Below are positions 60,895 through 64,000 of a stretch of DNA of 64,000 nucleotides, piece after piece. The notes below the pieces were generated by a model. That model was not told the origin of the DNA and did no database searches. It saw only the letters and a program-made list of their open reading frames with translations. This DNA comes from Candidatus Poribacteria bacterium. Lineage in GTDB: Bacteria > Poribacteria > WGA-4E > PCPOR2b. The stretch spans positions 1-64,000 of the forward strand of contig OZ244042.1 in assembly GCA_965215015.1 (NCBI GenBank), written 5' to 3'. Numbering within the stretch: the stretch's first letter is position 1; every line of letters starts with the position of its first letter. Position numbers and translations under genes: made by a program.

Positions 60895-61166
60895 CAATTC
60901 CTCCCGATACACGAAACATATAACAACTCAAGTTGCCCCCTAAAGCCCCAGCAGAGCGACAGGTGTCAACTTGCCTACCCTTCTGAAGTTCCCACGTACG
61001 ATCTATTTTTACCTTAGCATAAAATGACTAATCTGTCCAAATATTTATGTATAAGTCTTGGTTGCGGAAAGATCAATTTAGTAAAATATTAGATATCGCC
61101 CCTGTGCAACCTGTGATTCTCTTCGTGCTTGCCTTCCTGATGTTCCGACACTCCCGTAAAAAAAAG

Positions 61167-61195
61167 TTGACAACTCCTAAAATATGGGTTATCAT
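61167..61195 (+). promoter_or_regulatory. Sigma70 promoter of the mntR-troAB operon
   Basis: TTGACA-N17-TATCAT. Confidence 0.8.
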
Positions 61196-61208
61196 GTACT
61201 GATTAAGA

Positions 61209-61226
61209 ATTTAGGAGTGCCTAAAT
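61209..61226. promoter_or_regulatory. DtxR/MntR-type operator
   Basis: Palindrome ATTTAGG-AGTG-CCTAAAT just downstream of the -10, resembling SirR/MntR boxes (TTAGG-N4-CCTAA). Confidence 0.8.
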
Positions 61227-61247
61227 CTAATTTTTGGATGGTCAAGA

Positions 61248-61620
61248 ATCAATAACCCCGTCCTAAAGGTCAGAGCTTGTACGAAGCGAATGCCACCCGC
61301 CGCTCCACAAGCTAAACCGTTGACTACACAGATGGTAACTTAGCTGTCTCTGCGTGGTAGCAGTCACCAGATGATACGGATGCCTCCTTATGGAGAATTA
61401 CTGATGTTCGTCCCAGTTGTAAACAAAAAATCAAAAACTGTTGATGCCTACCAAGCCCGCCCGTGCCCGGCGGTGGATTAAACAGGGCACAGTCAATCCC
61501 TTCTTTAACAAAGGTGTGTTCTGTGTTCTATTAAATATTGAGCCATCTGATAGCCAACTTGACGATAAGGAGCGCAGTTGCCTCCACACCATAGAAAGAT
61601 GGGGAACTGCGAAGATCTTG
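61248..61620 (+). mobile_element. Internally deleted IscB/IsrB-type IS200/IS605 element: partial omegaRNA plus PLMP/RRXRR N-terminal coding fragment
   Basis: ATCAATAACCCCGTCCTAAAGGTCAGAGCTTGT..ACAAGCT..GTTGAC; MFVPVVNK|LMPTKPARARRWIKQG..FFNKGVFCVLLNIEPS; far-end hairpin ~61578-61611; abuts ATGA at 61621. Confidence 0.85.
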
Positions 61621-62289
61621 ATGATAACCCATGCGATGGAAGATTATCTGAAGACAGTCTACTTGCTGCAAGAAGGTCGGGAGAAAGTCTCTACCTCTGC
61701 TATAGCCCAGCAAATGGATGTTTCTGCCGCATCTGTCACCGGTATGATCCGAAAGTTGGCAGCGATGGGATTCTTGAATTACGCCTCCTATCACGGCGTT
61801 GAATTGACAGAAGGTGGAAAAAAAATCGCTCAAGAAATTATTCGTCATCATCGGTTACTGGAACTTTATCTCGTGGAAATCATGGGATTTACTTGGGACA
61901 AAGTGCACGATGAGGCGGATAAACTGGAACATGTTATCTCCGAGGAGTTTGAGGAAAGGATGAGCGAGGCGTTGGGACATCCGACAACCGACCCGCACGG
62001 ACACGCTATCCCAGCCAAGGATGGTGCACTCCAAGAAGTTACTTATGAAACGCTGACAGAGGTGAATGTGGGCAGTTCTGCTACCGTTCAGCATGTCAAT
62101 GATAATAATCCCGAAATGCTGCGTTACCTCGATCAGCTGGGTTTGCTGCCGGGCACCGTTGTCCAAGTTATGGCGAAAGAACCATTTAATGGACCATTGC
62201 GTTTGAGGATTGACCAGACCGAACACTTTGTTGGTCTCGAAGTCGCAGGAAATGTGTTTGTAAGTCCTCAGACCACCTTATCTGCATGA
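61621..62289 (+). CDS. mntR: DtxR/MntR-family metal-dependent repressor with C-terminal FeoA-like domain
   Basis: MEDYLKTVY, ASVTGMIRKL, RHHRLLELYL, EADKLEH, DPHGHAIP. Confidence 0.93.
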   Translation: MITHAMEDYLKTVYLLQEGREKVSTSAIAQQMDVSAASVTGMIRKLAAMGFLNYASYHGVELTEGGKKIAQEIIRHHRLLELYLVEIMGFTWDKVHDEADKLEHVISEEFEERMSEALGHPTTDPHGHAIPAKDGALQEVTYETLTEVNVGSSATVQHVNDNNPEMLRYLDQLGLLPGTVVQVMAKEPFNGPLRLRIDQTEHFVGLEVAGNVFVSPQTTLSA

Positions 62290-62333
62290 CGTTTGCACCG
62301 ATCGAAATTTGTGTGATGCCAATTTAAGAAAGG

Positions 62334-63311
62334 GTGAGGAAAAGTATGCACATAATCTATGGGTTGTTAGCTTTCGTGATGATATTATTTGTTACTTGCG
62401 ACCATCAATCGGACAAGGCTAGCCAGAAGACGTCAAGCTCAACAGGTATATCCAGCCAGAAACCGATTCGCGTAGTGACAACAATCGGCATGATTACCGA
62501 TATTGTTCAGAATATTGGAGGGGACCGGGTTAATGCGACGGGATTGATGGGACCCGGCATTGATCCACACCTATACAAAGCGAGTGAAGGCGATGTGGCT
62601 CGGCTCGCAGGTGCTGACCTCATCTTTTACAATGGTCTGCATCTAGAGGGGAAAATGGCCGGTGTGCTCGAAAGGATGCAGGACCAAGTAAAGACAGTTG
62701 CTGTAACACAGGACATTGATAGGGAGATACTGTTGGCTCCACCAGAGTTTGAAGGGGCATACGACCCGCACGTATGGTTCAATGTCACTCTTTGGATGAA
62801 AGCGGTTCAACGTATACGGGATACGCTCATTGAGGTGAATAAGAGCAGTGCAGCGTTGTACCAGACGAATACAGAAGATTACCTAGCAAAGCTAGAGGAA
62901 CTGCACAATTATGTAACACAGCAAGCGGAGCGGATACCTTCTGACCGAAGAGTGCTCGTCACGGCTCACGATGCCTTCAATTACTTTGGCCGCGCTTACG
63001 GATTTGAAGTGCGCGGTCTTCAGGGAATTAGTACCGCAACTGAAGCGGGCACAGCTGATGTGCAAGCACTCGTGCGGTTTATCGTCGAACGCCGCATCCC
63101 TGCTATGTTTGTCGAAACATCCGTGCCCCGCCAGAGCATCGAGGCAGTACAAGCCGCTGTCAAAGCGAAGGGATTTGCTGTAGAGATTGGCGGGCAGCTT
63201 TTCTCAGATGCAATGGGAGCGACGGGAACTCCAGAAGGCACGTACATCGGGATGGTGCGTCATAACATTGATACAATCGTCGCATCGCTTCTGCAATCGG
63301 CGACAGACTGA
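62334..63311 (+). CDS. troA: Mn/Zn ABC transporter substrate-binding lipoprotein
   Basis: GPGIDPHLYKAS, NGLHLEGKM, DPHVWF, TAHDAFNYFG, LFSDAMG. Confidence 0.9.
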   Translation: MRKSMHIIYGLLAFVMILFVTCDHQSDKASQKTSSSTGISSQKPIRVVTTIGMITDIVQNIGGDRVNATGLMGPGIDPHLYKASEGDVARLAGADLIFYNGLHLEGKMAGVLERMQDQVKTVAVTQDIDREILLAPPEFEGAYDPHVWFNVTLWMKAVQRIRDTLIEVNKSSAALYQTNTEDYLAKLEELHNYVTQQAERIPSDRRVLVTAHDAFNYFGRAYGFEVRGLQGISTATEAGTADVQALVRFIVERRIPAMFVETSVPRQSIEAVQAAVKAKGFAVEIGGQLFSDAMGATGTPEGTYIGMVRHNIDTIVASLLQSATD

Positions 63312-63428
63312 TAGGGGTGTGGCCACCTTTTGTTTGTAGGGTGCAACAATCGTTGAACCCTATAACATGTGTTCACCCAAAAATAGATAGGCGAACGAGT
63401 GTCGGTGTGCGAGAGGAGGACGAATGAT

Positions 63429-64000
63429 ATGGCAAAATCCCTTAATAATCCATTGGCGATTGAGGTTGCAGATTTGACCGTGGCGTACCGGGATCAACCT
63501 GTGTTGTGGGACGTAGACCTTAACGTACCATCGGGGGTCCTCATGGCAATCGTCGGGCCCAACGGTGCAGGCAAAACGACGCTCATCAAAGCAATCTTGG
63601 GGCTAGTGACACCGGCAGCCGGGCGAATATTAATCTACGGTCAACCCTACGCCGATCAGCGGCAACTTGTGGGATACGTCCCGCAACGCGGGAGCGTTGA
63701 TTGGGATTTTCCGACAAGTGTATTGGACGTAGTCATGATGGGATGTTATGGTGCACTGGGATGGGGACGTCGCCCGGGCCGTCAGGAACGTGTACGAGGA
63801 ATGGAAGCCCTTGAAAATGTTGGGATGCTTGACTTTGCAGACCGGCAGATTAGTCAGCTCTCCGGCGGACAACAGCAGCGGGTCTTCTTGGCACGGGCAC
63901 TAGTGCAGGACGCCCAAGTGTATTTCATGGACGAACCATTTCAAGGCGTTGATGCGACGACCGAGCGGGCAATCGTTGCGCTTCTGCAAGACCTGCGCGC
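63429..64000 (+). CDS. troB: Mn/Zn ABC transporter ATP-binding protein (runs off the window)
   Basis: Manual translation: GPNGAGKTT, YVPQRGSVDWDFP, LSGGQQQRVFLARAL, MDEPF. Confidence 0.9.
   Translation, partial: MAKSLNNPLAIEVADLTVAYRDQPVLWDVDLNVPSGVLMAIVGPNGAGKTTLIKAILGLVTPAAGRILIYGQPYADQRQLVGYVPQRGSVDWDFPTSVLDVVMMGCYGALGWGRRPGRQERVRGMEALENVGMLDFADRQISQLSGGQQQRVFLARALVQDAQVYFMDEPFQGVDATTERAIVALLQDLR

Noticed and set aside
61441-61620. Native N-terminal extension of MntR
   Set aside because: The sequence is an IscB/IsrB PLMP fragment plus transposon end; the canonical start is 61621
1-64000. tRNA, rRNA and riboswitches
   Set aside because: None recognised by eye; tRNAscan and Rfam searches would be needed to exclude them

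Overview
Bacterial chromosomal window, most likely Candidatus Poribacteria (inferred from the LRR/cohesin/dockerin protein ending in a 'PEETALLANYPNPFNPETWIPYQL' sorting domain, the sulfatases and the very dense REP/MITE content). Core genes include rex-hemB-hemL-polyprenyl synthase, purC, xylB, moaC, dnaJ, nth and mntR-troAB. The window also has a PorU/gingipain-like C25 protease, two transglutaminase-like proteins, a type IIG RM enzyme, an orphan DNA methyltransferase and a sulfatase/aminotransferase/amidohydrolase cluster. Most notable: (1) IS200/IS605-derived non-autonomous elements (one IsrB/omegaRNA remnant, one probable TnpB-type) inserted exactly between an RBS and an ATGA start codon, one bringing a replacement RBS and one fused in frame to mntR; (2) a ~4.5 kb island with a Cre-like tyrosine recombinase, an RHH protein and nested TGTTAGG..CCTAACA hairpins, carried partly by a GATC-duplicating mini-element that disrupts a His-rich lipoprotein gene; (3) palindromes apparently inserted in frame inside proteins. 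All calls are by eye, with no database searches.
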